Source of the DNA: Elusimicrobiota bacterium
Lineage (GTDB): Bacteria; Elusimicrobiota; Elusimicrobia; Elusimicrobiales; UBA9959
Direction: 5' to 3'
Length of the DNA: 64,000 nt
Assembly: GCA_029267355.1 (NCBI GenBank)
Contig: JAJUJA010000001.1
Coordinates: 51,099-115,098, forward strand
Positions 7,922 to 16,847 of this stretch are shown here, one piece after another. A program made the translations under genes and the position numbers. The first letter of the stretch is position 1, and the number at the start of each line of letters is the position of its first letter. The notes below the pieces were generated by a model. The model saw nothing but the letters and a program-made list of their open reading frames with translations, did not search any database and was not told the origin of the DNA.

Positions 7922-9295
7922 ATGAAAATTAAACTCGCCTTCCTCTCCCTGATAATGGCCATCCATCCCCTCTATTGCGCAGACTTTAATCCCTCTTTTT
8001 CCAGAGGCGATTTAGACAAAATAAGCCTGCCTGTGCCGCAAAGAACTCTTGACATAGCGGAAACAAATAAAGCGGCAGCAGCAAAAAAATGGACCATAAT
8101 GGTTTTTTTGAACGGCAAAAACGATCTTGAAATGGCCGGCCTTTTGAATATGAATCAGATGGAAATGGTTGGCTCAAACAAGGACATCAATATAGTCGTG
8201 GAAATGGGGAGAATGAACGGACAGGCCCAGGGCGATACGGACCTTGACGGCAACTGGACCGGAGTGCGCAGATACTATGTGACGAAAGACACAGATACCG
8301 AGCATATAACCTCAAGAATAGTTTTTCAGCAGGCATCCTACGACATGGGGGACTATAAGCAGGCGGTCAATTTTTTGAAATGGACCAAGCAAAATTATCC
8401 GGCTCAGAAATATCTGCTGATTCTCTGGGACCACGGCACCGGCTGGATGGATCCTCAGCAGAAAAAGAAGGACAACAACAAGGGTATATCCTTTGATGAT
8501 GAAACCGGAAACTACATAAGGACAAAACAGATAGGCGATATTCTCAAGGAAGGCGGCGCTGTTGATATACTTGCTTTTGACGCCTGCCTTATGCAAATGA
8601 CCGAAGTGGCAACAGAGGTTAAAGACAAAACAAAGGTCATAGTGGGGTCTGAAGAGACCGTACCCGGCACGGGTTATCCCTATAACCTGTGGCTGGCTGC
8701 GCTGGCAAAAAAACCCTCTATGTCTGAAGAAGAGCTGGGCGCGGTTATGGTGGAAGCTTACAAACAGTTCTATGCCTATATAAACAAAGGCGCCATGCTT
8801 AGCGCTATAAGGTCATCCAAAATAGCCGGGCTTAACTCGCTTATAGCCGACTTTGCCAAACTAGCTATGCAGGTCAATGATATAGAGGCCATAAAAAAAG
8901 CCAGGACAGAAACCATAAGGTTTGACATACTTGGTCCTGATGACGCCGATAAGACCATATCCTTTTTTGCAGACCTCTATCAATTTGCCGACATAATGGG
9001 CAAAAATATGACAAAAACCGATCCGGCGGCGGCCCAGCTTAAGGCTAAGATAGAAGAACTGAAAACTTTCATAAGCCGGGACCTCGTTATATACAAGGGT
9101 TACCATGGAAATGAGAGAACAGGTAAATCTCTGGCTGACGCCAACGGCATATCCATATATGTGCCGCCGGCGGAGACAAGAGTTCAACAGGCGAAGCTGG
9201 AAGCCATATTTGAAGCGCCTTACAGCACCTTTGAATTTGACAAAGCTACCAAATGGCATGATTTTGTGGACTTCATCTATACGAACGCCAAGTAA
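7922..9295 (+). CDS. Clostripain-family (C11) cysteine peptidase, secreted, paralog 2
   Basis: The start at 7922 follows AGGAGG (7912-7917) and gives signal peptide MKIKLAFLSLIMAIHPLYC. KWTIMVFLNGKNDLE, His in LILWDHGTGW, Cys in AFDACLMQMTEV. Confidence 0.9.
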   Translation: MKIKLAFLSLIMAIHPLYCADFNPSFSRGDLDKISLPVPQRTLDIAETNKAAAAKKWTIMVFLNGKNDLEMAGLLNMNQMEMVGSNKDINIVVEMGRMNGQAQGDTDLDGNWTGVRRYYVTKDTDTEHITSRIVFQQASYDMGDYKQAVNFLKWTKQNYPAQKYLLILWDHGTGWMDPQQKKKDNNKGISFDDETGNYIRTKQIGDILKEGGAVDILAFDACLMQMTEVATEVKDKTKVIVGSEETVPGTGYPYNLWLAALAKKPSMSEEELGAVMVEAYKQFYAYINKGAMLSAIRSSKIAGLNSLIADFAKLAMQVNDIEAIKKARTETIRFDILGPDDADKTISFFADLYQFADIMGKNMTKTDPAAAQLKAKIEELKTFISRDLVIYKGYHGNERTGKSLADANGISIYVPPAETRVQQAKLEAIFEAPYSTFEFDKATKWHDFVDFIYTNAK

Positions 9296-9310
9296 GGCTT
9301 GATAGATAAA

Positions 9311-9341
9311 ATCCCCGGCGCTTGCGGCCGGGGATTTTTAT
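9311..9341 (+). terminator. Rho-independent terminator
   Basis: ATCCCCGGC / GCCGGGGAT stem followed by TTTTTATTT. Confidence 0.7.
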
Positions 9342-9366
9342 TTCCCCCCAAAAAAAGATCTGACAC

Positions 9367-9395
9367 TTGACATAAGTCAATCAAATTATTAATAT
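9367..9395 (+). promoter_or_regulatory. Sigma-70-type promoter for the subtilisin gene
   Basis: TTGACA-N17-TAATAT. Confidence 0.5.
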
Positions 9396-9438
9396 TCATA
9401 GGAAAAGCATATTATCCCTGTTTAAAAAGGAGGCAGAG

Positions 9439-10626
9439 GTGAGAAAAATAATATTATTCATAGCGGCTTTTTTCTTTATGGCCTCAATGGCTGCCGCTTC
9501 TCAAAAAATAGTGATGCTTAAGTCTGACAAAGACATCAAAATGTCCAGAGACGAAGTTTCCTCTCTGGGCGGAAAAATCGTAAGGGAATTGCCCGTAATA
9601 AACGCGGTTGTAGTTCAATTTCCTGATTATATAAAGGATGCAGAGATATACACTCTGCCTTCAGTGGATAAAGTGGAAGAAGACACATACAGGAAATGGA
9701 TAGAGGAAACTTCATTCAGCTCCAATCCTCTGCCGACTATGGAAAGCGTTCTTAACAATATAAAAGAAGGCAATTATTCCTTTGATTTGGAAATACCCAA
9801 AATAAATCCCGAAGAGCAGAAAGAGCTGCCCTGGGGCGTAAATAAGGTCAATGCCTATGAAGCATGGAACAATACTCAGGGCGAAGGAGTCAGAGTAGCT
9901 ATCATAGACACAGGCATAGACTACAATCATCCGGATTTGAAACCAAATTACAAGGGCGGATACAATGCCGTGAAGCAGAACAATGACCCGCTGGATGATC
10001 AGGGACACGGCACTCATGTAGCCGGCACCATAGGCGCTGTAAGGGACCTTAAAGGCGTGGCCGGAGTAGCGCCGAAAGCCGAACTCTATTCAGCCAAGGT
10101 TCTGGATTCAAGCGGCTCAGGACAATATTCATGGATAATAGACGGCATACAATGGGCTATAAACAATAAGATGCAGGTAATCAATATGAGTCTAGGCGGC
10201 CCTTCCGGCAGCGACGCCTTGAAGGCGGCAATTGACGCGGCATATAAAGCCGGCATAACCGTAGTCTGCGCAGCCGGCAATGATTCAGGCCCTGTCAATT
10301 ATCCTGCCAAATATGAAAACGCCATAGCCGTTTCCGCCTCGGATATAAACAATAAAATAGCTTACTTCTCTTCGAGGGGGCCTGAGATAGATTTCATAGC
10401 TCCCGGCGTATCTGTTTACTCGACATATAAAGGCGGAGTATATAAAAGTCTCTCGGGCACATCCATGGCCAGCCCGCATGTGGCAGGCCTGGCCGCTCTG
10501 GCCGTATCGGCAGGCTATAAGACTCCGGACCAGGTGAGAACTGCTTTAAAGAAAGCCGCCTCATCAATAGGCCTTAGCGCCAATGAAGAAGGCAACGGCT
10601 TCATAAATGCCGCTCTTATAAAATAA
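9439..10626 (+). CDS. Subtilisin-family (S8) serine peptidase with I9-like propeptide
   Basis: GTG start after AAAGGAGG, with a signal peptide. The catalytic triad motifs are IIDTGIDYNHPDL, HGTHVAGTIGA and GTSMASPHVAGLAAL. Confidence 0.95.
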   Translation: MRKIILFIAAFFFMASMAAASQKIVMLKSDKDIKMSRDEVSSLGGKIVRELPVINAVVVQFPDYIKDAEIYTLPSVDKVEEDTYRKWIEETSFSSNPLPTMESVLNNIKEGNYSFDLEIPKINPEEQKELPWGVNKVNAYEAWNNTQGEGVRVAIIDTGIDYNHPDLKPNYKGGYNAVKQNNDPLDDQGHGTHVAGTIGAVRDLKGVAGVAPKAELYSAKVLDSSGSGQYSWIIDGIQWAINNKMQVINMSLGGPSGSDALKAAIDAAYKAGITVVCAAGNDSGPVNYPAKYENAIAVSASDINNKIAYFSSRGPEIDFIAPGVSVYSTYKGGVYKSLSGTSMASPHVAGLAALAVSAGYKTPDQVRTALKKAASSIGLSANEEGNGFINAALIK

Positions 10627-10634
10627 ACTGACAA

Positions 10635-10674
10635 TAAAAAAAGCCCCGCTTTTTGAAGCGGGGCTTTTTTATTT
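10635..10674. terminator. Bidirectional rho-independent terminator between convergent genes
   Basis: AGCCCCGCT / AGCGGGGCT 9-bp stem (10642-10650 / 10657-10665), flanked by an A-run and a T-run. Confidence 0.75.
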
Positions 10675-10681
10675 TCAGCTT

Positions 10682-11377
10682 TTACCAGCTCAAGTATTTA
10701 TTGCCTATAAGCTGTTCCATTCTTTGTTCAACTATCTTTGACTTGTTTGTTTTGCGGGTTTCTATGCCTTTTTTAAGTTCGGCGATTTCGTTTTCAAGCT
10801 TCTTTATTCTCAGTTCCTGGCCTTTTGTTCTTATATCAAAGAGCTCATTAAGTTTGGACTTTATTTGCTCTTTTATTTTCGCCTTTTCAGAATCCGAGGC
10901 TTTTTCATAGGACATTGAAAGCTCTCTTACATCATATTCAAGCCCTATACCCCTTACCACATCTTTTTCCATTGAAGGATCTTCGGACATTTTTGCCGCA
11001 CCTAAAAATTTTGCGGCAATGGCTATTGTAGCATCATATTTTTTCTCATTGGACTCTTTCAGTTTGGCAAGTTTTTCAGCCAAAGCGGGATCATTTCTCT
11101 TTATGATTTCCATCACTTTGCCTTCCATAGCTTCCGGAATATCCCAGCCTTTTTGAGGCCTCATTTCCTTGCCCATTTTCTTCATGCCCTTCTGTCTCTC
11201 CTGAGGCCCGCCGAATTGGCCCGGCCCCATTTGCTGGCCCATCTGGCCGCCCATAGGCCCTCTCGGAGCAGGCTGCATCATTTCCTCTCCGTCAAAATCA
11301 TCAGGCCCCTGCTGGGCATTTAAAGCGGCCAGCGGCGCCGTAAGCATGGCGCAAAGAACAAGTTTTGACATATTCAT
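10682..11377 (-). CDS. Periplasmic Spy/CpxP/ZraP-like protein with Met/Gly/Gln-rich segment
   Basis: Signal peptide MNMSKLVLCAMLTAPLAALNA. It has a PMGGQMGQQMGPGQFGG region and a coiled-coil C-terminus. It is the last gene of the ECF sigma/anti-sigma operon (ATGA overlap). Confidence 0.5.
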   Translation of the reverse strand: MNMSKLVLCAMLTAPLAALNAQQGPDDFDGEEMMQPAPRGPMGGQMGQQMGPGQFGGPQERQKGMKKMGKEMRPQKGWDIPEAMEGKVMEIIKRNDPALAEKLAKLKESNEKKYDATIAIAAKFLGAAKMSEDPSMEKDVVRGIGLEYDVRELSMSYEKASDSEKAKIKEQIKSKLNELFDIRTKGQELRIKKLENEIAELKKGIETRKTNKSKIVEQRMEQLIGNKYLSW

Positions 11378-11817
11378 ACTGCCTCCTTATCTATTTTTTC
11401 GCCTGCATCAACGCAGGAAATGGCATAGTCAAGCGCGGAGTCTGAAAAGTCGGCCATATCGTACTTTATAGCCGAGATTTCGCTTTCAACGGCGGTAAAA
11501 TCGCTGTCCTGATAGAAAGACGGAGCAGGCTGGTTTTTGGGAATAACAAAAAGCAAGGCAAGAGCGAAACATAAACCTGCCGCCAGAACTTTTTCTCTTA
11601 AAGAGAATTTATGTCCCGCGGCAAAAGCCTTTTCAAGCGTAATTCTCTCCAGTGAAGCCGAAGGAACAAGCCGCATGGAATCAAGCCCTGATATTGTCTC
11701 TATAGCAGCGGCGCATTGAGGACACGCTTTTATATGACTCTCTATCTCTTCTTTCTGCGAAAAAGGAAGCTCCCCGTAATGAAGGAGCACGGCTTTTTCT
11801 GTATTAGGACAGCTCAT
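11374..11817 (-). CDS. Anti-sigma factor (zf-HC2 type), single-pass membrane
   Basis: HIKACPQC is an Hx3Cx2C motif. There is a central TM helix (VLAAGLCFALALLFVI). It lies downstream of the ECF sigma gene. Confidence 0.7.
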   Translation of the reverse strand: MSCPNTEKAVLLHYGELPFSQKEEIESHIKACPQCAAAIETISGLDSMRLVPSASLERITLEKAFAAGHKFSLREKVLAAGLCFALALLFVIPKNQPAPSFYQDSDFTAVESEISAIKYDMADFSDSALDYAISCVDAGEKIDKEAV

Positions 11818-11854
11818 TTATCCTCCCGTCTATATAACGAAAAACAAGCCGTTT

Positions 11855-12430
11855 TTATTGCATATCTTTTATGCCTTTCTTCAGCTTTTCTATGCCTCTT
11901 GAAAATCTGGCCAGCGCCGTTCCTATAGGAATATTGAGGTTTTCGGCTATCTCTTTGAAGGAAAGGCCTGCGAAATGCCTGAGAGAAATTATCTCTCTTT
12001 GTTCAGGCGGCAAATTTTCCATCGCTTTAATCAGCTTTGCAGATTCTTCCTTGGAATCAAGTATGGTTTGAGGATTATCCTTTTCTGCGGCCGTATCAAC
12101 AGGCGAAAAACCGTCATCATCCCCAGACGAAAATATGGACAGGGCCGCCTGAAAAAATTTTTCTTTTGAGCTCTTTTTCCTGTCCAAAAAAATATTTCTC
12201 GCTATCGCAAAAAGCCAGGAAGAAAACTTATTTTCGCTTCTGTACGAGGGAAGTTTTTCAACGGCTTTTATAAAAGTTTCCTGAAAAATATCTTCGGCAA
12301 GCGTTTTATCAAGGCAAATGGAGACAAGATAAGGATAAAGCCTGTTTTTGTATCTGTTAAAAAGATCTCCAAAGGCTTTTTCGTCGCCTTCAAGATATTT
12401 TCTCACCAGCTCTTCGTCAGTTATTTCCAT
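11855..12430 (-). CDS. ECF-family RNA polymerase sigma-70 factor
   Basis: Region 2 (RLYPYLVSICLDKTLAEDIFQETFIKAVEKL) and the region 4 HTH (LSFKEIAENLNIPIGTALARFSRGIEKLKK). Confidence 0.9.
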   Translation of the reverse strand: MEITDEELVRKYLEGDEKAFGDLFNRYKNRLYPYLVSICLDKTLAEDIFQETFIKAVEKLPSYRSENKFSSWLFAIARNIFLDRKKSSKEKFFQAALSIFSSGDDDGFSPVDTAAEKDNPQTILDSKEESAKLIKAMENLPPEQREIISLRHFAGLSFKEIAENLNIPIGTALARFSRGIEKLKKGIKDMQ

Positions 12431-12433
12431 AGA

Positions 12434-14512
12434 CTATTTGTTCGCCTTTTTTATATATCTCATCTTTTTGATTTTTGTGCCAGGAAAATAGAATTCCAAT
12501 ATTTCTTTGAAATTATTGCCGTATTTGCCGGCCATGCCCGCGGCGCCGCTTTGGCTCATGCCTATGCCATGCCCCCAGCCGCCGCCGTAAAACCAGAAAT
12601 TTCTTATTTTTCTGTTTTTGAATCTGTTGATTTCCAGCATAAACAATGTGCTTTTAAGCGAAGAAAAACCGAAGGCATTTCTTATAAGATGCTCCTTTTC
12701 TATAATTACGCTTCTTTTGCTGCCGACAATTTTTATGGAATTCACATTGCCGGCCCTGCTTCTCTTAAGAGGAATAATATCTATAAGCTCTCCTATTTTG
12801 TAGTCCCTGTTAAGCTTATACTCAAGGTCTTTCTTCTTTATTATCTTCATCCATCTGTATTCCGAGCCTTTGACAACTCCGGGATAATTGGAGTATGAGG
12901 GCGGATTTTCTTTCATCCACAGATTGAATTCCCACGGGCTTAGGAAATCTCCCTTTATGAAATCGGCTTTTGAAACAAGATAAGGCACATCGCCCCAGCC
13001 GTTAACTTCCTTTGAGGCCTGTATATAGCCGCCGGAGTTTGAATGATAAAAGCAATAAGCCGGCCTGCCTCTGTAAGTAAGTATAACCCCTTCGGTATCA
13101 ACCACGGCATTATTTGAGTTATTGTTCTCTATATTTATGCCTCTGTAAACCTGACAATGCTCTGTATCACAAATATGGTAACCCTGTTTTTTATGCGGGC
13201 CGCTCTGCGCCCTTATTACGGCTTGAGTTCTTGCCAGAACAGCCTGCGCTTTAAGCGCCTCAAAAGGCCATTTGGGCTCCATTTCCGCAGGAACGACTCC
13301 AAGCAAATATATTTCAAGAGGAACGACATTTATGAGTGAAAGCCCCTTTGACCACAGAGAGATTTCAATATATCCGCGGTATTGCCTGTCTGAATACCTA
13401 AAATAAGGATTAGAGTTTGACCTTTGAGATTCTATTATCACTGTGCCGGTCTTTTTATTTTCTGGCATTATCTTTACCGGACCGGTAAAATTGCCGTAAA
13501 CGACTTTATTTTCAGAAATTATTGAAAAAGAGCTTCCATTGTAAACGGCTTTCCATATTTCGCCCGGCGGTATTCTGGCAAATTCTCTGCCGCTTTTTTT
13601 ACCTATTATCTTAAGCGTATCAAAGCTTCTGAAAGATATCTCTTTATTGGGCCAATGCTCCCCCTTATTATTGGCGCCTAAGGCGACCCTTATTGAAGGG
13701 CTTTTCTTTAACTCTCCTATGGCGTCAATATATTCGGTTACAGTAGGATTTTTTATCTTAAACGGCGGCCTTATATCTTCCGGCTGAGATGTAAGTTTTC
13801 CCTTTATTTTATTGAGCATTTCTCTGGCCAGGGGATGGCCGGGAGCCGCGTCCAGCACTCTTTCATATTGATTCCATGCCTCATTGTATTTGCCTTCTCT
13901 GAGATAAATCCCGGCCAGAGGCAGCCGGGCCTCAACAAACGAGGGGTCATCTCTCAGCACATTTATCAAATGCTCCCGGGCCTTATCATAAAGCTTGAAA
14001 TTGACATAATTCCAGGCATAAATATAGTCAACGCCTGAAAATTCCTTTCTCAATTCTTCGTACTTCTTGAGATTTTCCAGAGTCTTTACTATATCTTCAA
14101 GCTGGGCATAGACTGAAGACAGCCCAAGATAAGCTCTGCTGTTATAAGGGTTTAGCTTGACCGATTTTTCAAAAAACAGCATTGAAGATTCATAATCGGC
14201 AAGATGAAATTTAAGCCAGCCGATTTCGGATAAAATATCCGAATCCGATGTATTCAAAGCATAGGCCTTCTGCAAAAGCTCTATGGCCGCCTCGTAATTA
14301 TCTTTCTGTTTTTCACACATGGCGGCATTCAAGAGCGGGTAAGGATTTGAAGGCTCAATCTGAGACTGTCTGAGATAGTATTCGGCAGCTTTGCTTATAT
14401 TGCCGTTCAGGTAATTTTCATATGCCAGTTTTGAAAAATCCTGAGAAAAGCAGTTTGAAATCTGCAGGGCTAAGACCGTAAAAAGAAGAAGAAATTTAAA
14501 AGCGCCTTTCAT
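12434..14512 (-). CDS. TPR-repeat + SpoIID/LytB-domain protein (peptidoglycan remodelling)
   Basis: N-terminal TPR-like repeats. C-terminal SpoIID motifs: EIYLLGVVPAEM, ALKAQAVLARTQA, HICDTEHCQVYRG, FYHSNSGGY. The ATG at 14512 is preferred over the TTG at 14518. Confidence 0.85.
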   Translation of the reverse strand: MKGAFKFLLLFTVLALQISNCFSQDFSKLAYENYLNGNISKAAEYYLRQSQIEPSNPYPLLNAAMCEKQKDNYEAAIELLQKAYALNTSDSDILSEIGWLKFHLADYESSMLFFEKSVKLNPYNSRAYLGLSSVYAQLEDIVKTLENLKKYEELRKEFSGVDYIYAWNYVNFKLYDKAREHLINVLRDDPSFVEARLPLAGIYLREGKYNEAWNQYERVLDAAPGHPLAREMLNKIKGKLTSQPEDIRPPFKIKNPTVTEYIDAIGELKKSPSIRVALGANNKGEHWPNKEISFRSFDTLKIIGKKSGREFARIPPGEIWKAVYNGSSFSIISENKVVYGNFTGPVKIMPENKKTGTVIIESQRSNSNPYFRYSDRQYRGYIEISLWSKGLSLINVVPLEIYLLGVVPAEMEPKWPFEALKAQAVLARTQAVIRAQSGPHKKQGYHICDTEHCQVYRGINIENNNSNNAVVDTEGVILTYRGRPAYCFYHSNSGGYIQASKEVNGWGDVPYLVSKADFIKGDFLSPWEFNLWMKENPPSYSNYPGVVKGSEYRWMKIIKKKDLEYKLNRDYKIGELIDIIPLKRSRAGNVNSIKIVGSKRSVIIEKEHLIRNAFGFSSLKSTLFMLEINRFKNRKIRNFWFYGGGWGHGIGMSQSGAAGMAGKYGNNFKEILEFYFPGTKIKKMRYIKKANK

Positions 14513-14608
14513 TTGCAAAGTAAATTATACAATTTACGGGATAACAGCCATTTCAAAATTGCAATGCAAGAGAATAAGTCTGACTGGGGTTGAGAATTCC
14601 GAAAAAAC

Positions 14609-15502
14609 TTATTTCTTTACTGAACCCGGGGATGATGTCTGCAAATTCATCATCGCCTGAGACGCTTGCGGATTGCTCATAATAGCCGTTGTGACATTCG
14701 GATTGCTCAAAAGCTGCGCCAGTTGAGGATTGGAATTCATTATCCTGTTCATGGCCTCGGAATCGTTCATTAAGGCCTGAACGGCAGGCGCCTTCATAAA
14801 CTCCCCTATAAGAGCGCTTGAAGCTATGGCGCCGGAAAGCTGCGGATTATTCATAACCTTCTTAACAATATCATTGTTGAGAAAATTAGACACTTTATCG
14901 GATTTGGTGAGAAAACTTTCAAGGGATTGCTTGCTTGCCAGGGCGCTTTTAACCGTTTCCCTGCCCATAAAACCTTTTACCACAAAGGAATTGTTGAACA
15001 AAGCTCTGACAGCGGAGGGATTATTCATAAGCCCGCCCACGCTTTGAGTCAAAAAACCCTGTTTATAGCCGACAGACATCATTTGACCCTGCTTGGCCTT
15101 GTCTACGCTTTGATCGTACTTTTCCTGCTTTTCCCTTCTTGCCGCCTCTCTGTCATTTTCAGCGGATGAAGATTTTGAATCGCTTTTTTTTGCCGAATAT
15201 CCGCTTTCTGCCTGAGCCGCCTTCTTTTCCAAATCTCCATAGGGATCTTTTTCGTCAAGGCTGGAACCCTGATTCTTATAGTTTATGGCAAAGGCCACGT
15301 CTTCGAGGTTTGGCTCTCTTACCTGATAATCTTCCTTTTTAAATTCGCCGTCCGCCGAAAAGGCGCTAAGCTCTTCCTTTGAAAGCTCAATATCCGGAGA
15401 ATAGATCTTCAAAGTCCATCTTACCAAAGGTATCAAAAGCGCTATATAGACGGGTATAAGCCATACCCATAACCTGAACTTCTTCGGATTTTCCTCTTCC
15501 AT
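14609..15502 (-). CDS. Membrane-anchored protein with STI1/ubiquilin-like NPxx helical repeats
   Basis: N-terminal TM helix (LWVWLIPVYIALLIPLV). The C-terminal region has MNNPSAVRALF, MNNPQLSGAIA and MNSNPQLAQLLSNPNVTTAIMSNPQASQAMMNLQ. Confidence 0.6.
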   Translation of the reverse strand: MEEENPKKFRLWVWLIPVYIALLIPLVRWTLKIYSPDIELSKEELSAFSADGEFKKEDYQVREPNLEDVAFAINYKNQGSSLDEKDPYGDLEKKAAQAESGYSAKKSDSKSSSAENDREAARREKQEKYDQSVDKAKQGQMMSVGYKQGFLTQSVGGLMNNPSAVRALFNNSFVVKGFMGRETVKSALASKQSLESFLTKSDKVSNFLNNDIVKKVMNNPQLSGAIASSALIGEFMKAPAVQALMNDSEAMNRIMNSNPQLAQLLSNPNVTTAIMSNPQASQAMMNLQTSSPGSVKK

Positions 15503-15566
15503 AATCTCTCCGCTATCGGGGGCTATTTACTATGTTATAATAGTATTTAAGTTAAATCAAAGGACT

Positions 15567-16847
15567 ATGTCAATATCCGACGTTTTTTTTCTTATCATAG
15601 GCAATTTACTGCAAATTGCCATATTTTTTAACGCCGTTTTTTACGCTTTTCTTATGCTTTATGGCACGGCGATATACAGAAAGAAAAAAAACTGCGGGCT
15701 TTCATATGACAGGAAATTTGCCGTTCTGGTCGCCGCTCATAATGAAGAGAAAGTAATCAACTTTTTTATAGAAAGCGCTTTAAAGGCGGATTATCCACCG
15801 GAGAAATACGATGTCTTTGCTGTTCTGGATAATTGCTGCGATTCAACTGAAAACATTTGTTCCAAATATCCGGTAAAAATCATAAGAAGATGCGGACCGC
15901 AACATAAGCCCGGAAAAGCCGCCGCCTTAAATTACGCCACTAAAATTATAGGTGCGGACAAATATGACGCTTTTTGCTACTTTGATGCCGACTCTTTGAT
16001 GCATCCGGATTTTCTTAAAAGCACTGCCTTTATGCTTAACAAGGGCGCTATGGCAGTACAGGGAAAGCAAATATCAAAGAATCCGGATGATTGCTGGCTT
16101 TCAAGAATAATTTCGGTCGGCCAGATAATATCGGCGATTTTCTTTCAAAAGCCTAAATATTTTCTCGGCCTGTCAGCCACTTTTCACGGCAAGGGCATAT
16201 GCCTGAAAAAAGAGCTGGTTGAGCGTTTCTCCTGGGACGAAAACTGCCTTACTGAAGACCTGGAAATGCAGATGCGGCTTATATCAAACGGCATTCAGAT
16301 ACACTGGGCGGAAGCCGCCGTGGTTTATGATGAACAGCCGGTAAATTTAAGGCAATATATGAAAAGGACTATACGCTGGACCAGGGGCTCTCTGGACACG
16401 GCAAGAAAACATCTTAACGGCCTGTTCAAGAGATTCGTAAAAAACGGAGATCTGAAAGCTTTGGAAGGCTTTATTTATTGCGCCAATGTATACAGACTGT
16501 CCATGGCCGGCATCGCGGCAATAGTCATTTACTTCCATTTTGACAAATTTAATTTCCTTGTCTGGCTATACAAGGCGATACCCGGAGCGGAACTTGCCTT
16601 TAAGTTTCTCTTTTTGTCGCCCTTTGTGATAGTTCCCTTCATGATACTTGTTATGGAAAAAGCCGACTTCAAAATGCTGACGGCTTATTTTCTGCAGCCG
16701 GCTCTGGGTGTACTCAGAATACCGACCTTTGTCTGCGGGATATTTAAGGACAGGATAAACTGGGACAGGACTGAACATTTAAGCGCTGTATCAATAAACG
16801 ATGTAGCCAAAAAAAGCGTTAACGCTGTTCTTGGAGGAGAAAAATGA
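15567..16847 (+). CDS. Membrane-integrated family-2 glycosyltransferase (processive synthase-like)
   Basis: FAVLVAAHNEE, YFDADS, LTEDLE and the QxxRW-like RTIRWTRG, flanked by TM segments at both ends. Confidence 0.85.
   Translation: MSISDVFFLIIGNLLQIAIFFNAVFYAFLMLYGTAIYRKKKNCGLSYDRKFAVLVAAHNEEKVINFFIESALKADYPPEKYDVFAVLDNCCDSTENICSKYPVKIIRRCGPQHKPGKAAALNYATKIIGADKYDAFCYFDADSLMHPDFLKSTAFMLNKGAMAVQGKQISKNPDDCWLSRIISVGQIISAIFFQKPKYFLGLSATFHGKGICLKKELVERFSWDENCLTEDLEMQMRLISNGIQIHWAEAAVVYDEQPVNLRQYMKRTIRWTRGSLDTARKHLNGLFKRFVKNGDLKALEGFIYCANVYRLSMAGIAAIVIYFHFDKFNFLVWLYKAIPGAELAFKFLFLSPFVIVPFMILVMEKADFKMLTAYFLQPALGVLRIPTFVCGIFKDRINWDRTEHLSAVSINDVAKKSVNAVLGGEK

Noticed and set aside
8044-8056. A second copy of the ACTCTTGACAT-like box inside C11 paralog 2, similar to the box at 7866-7878. 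I considered whether they could be mobile-element termini or an internal promoter.
   Set aside because: The match is only about 11 nt. There are no flanking inverted repeats, target duplications or transposase genes. It is most simply a chance TTGACA-containing match inside coding sequence.
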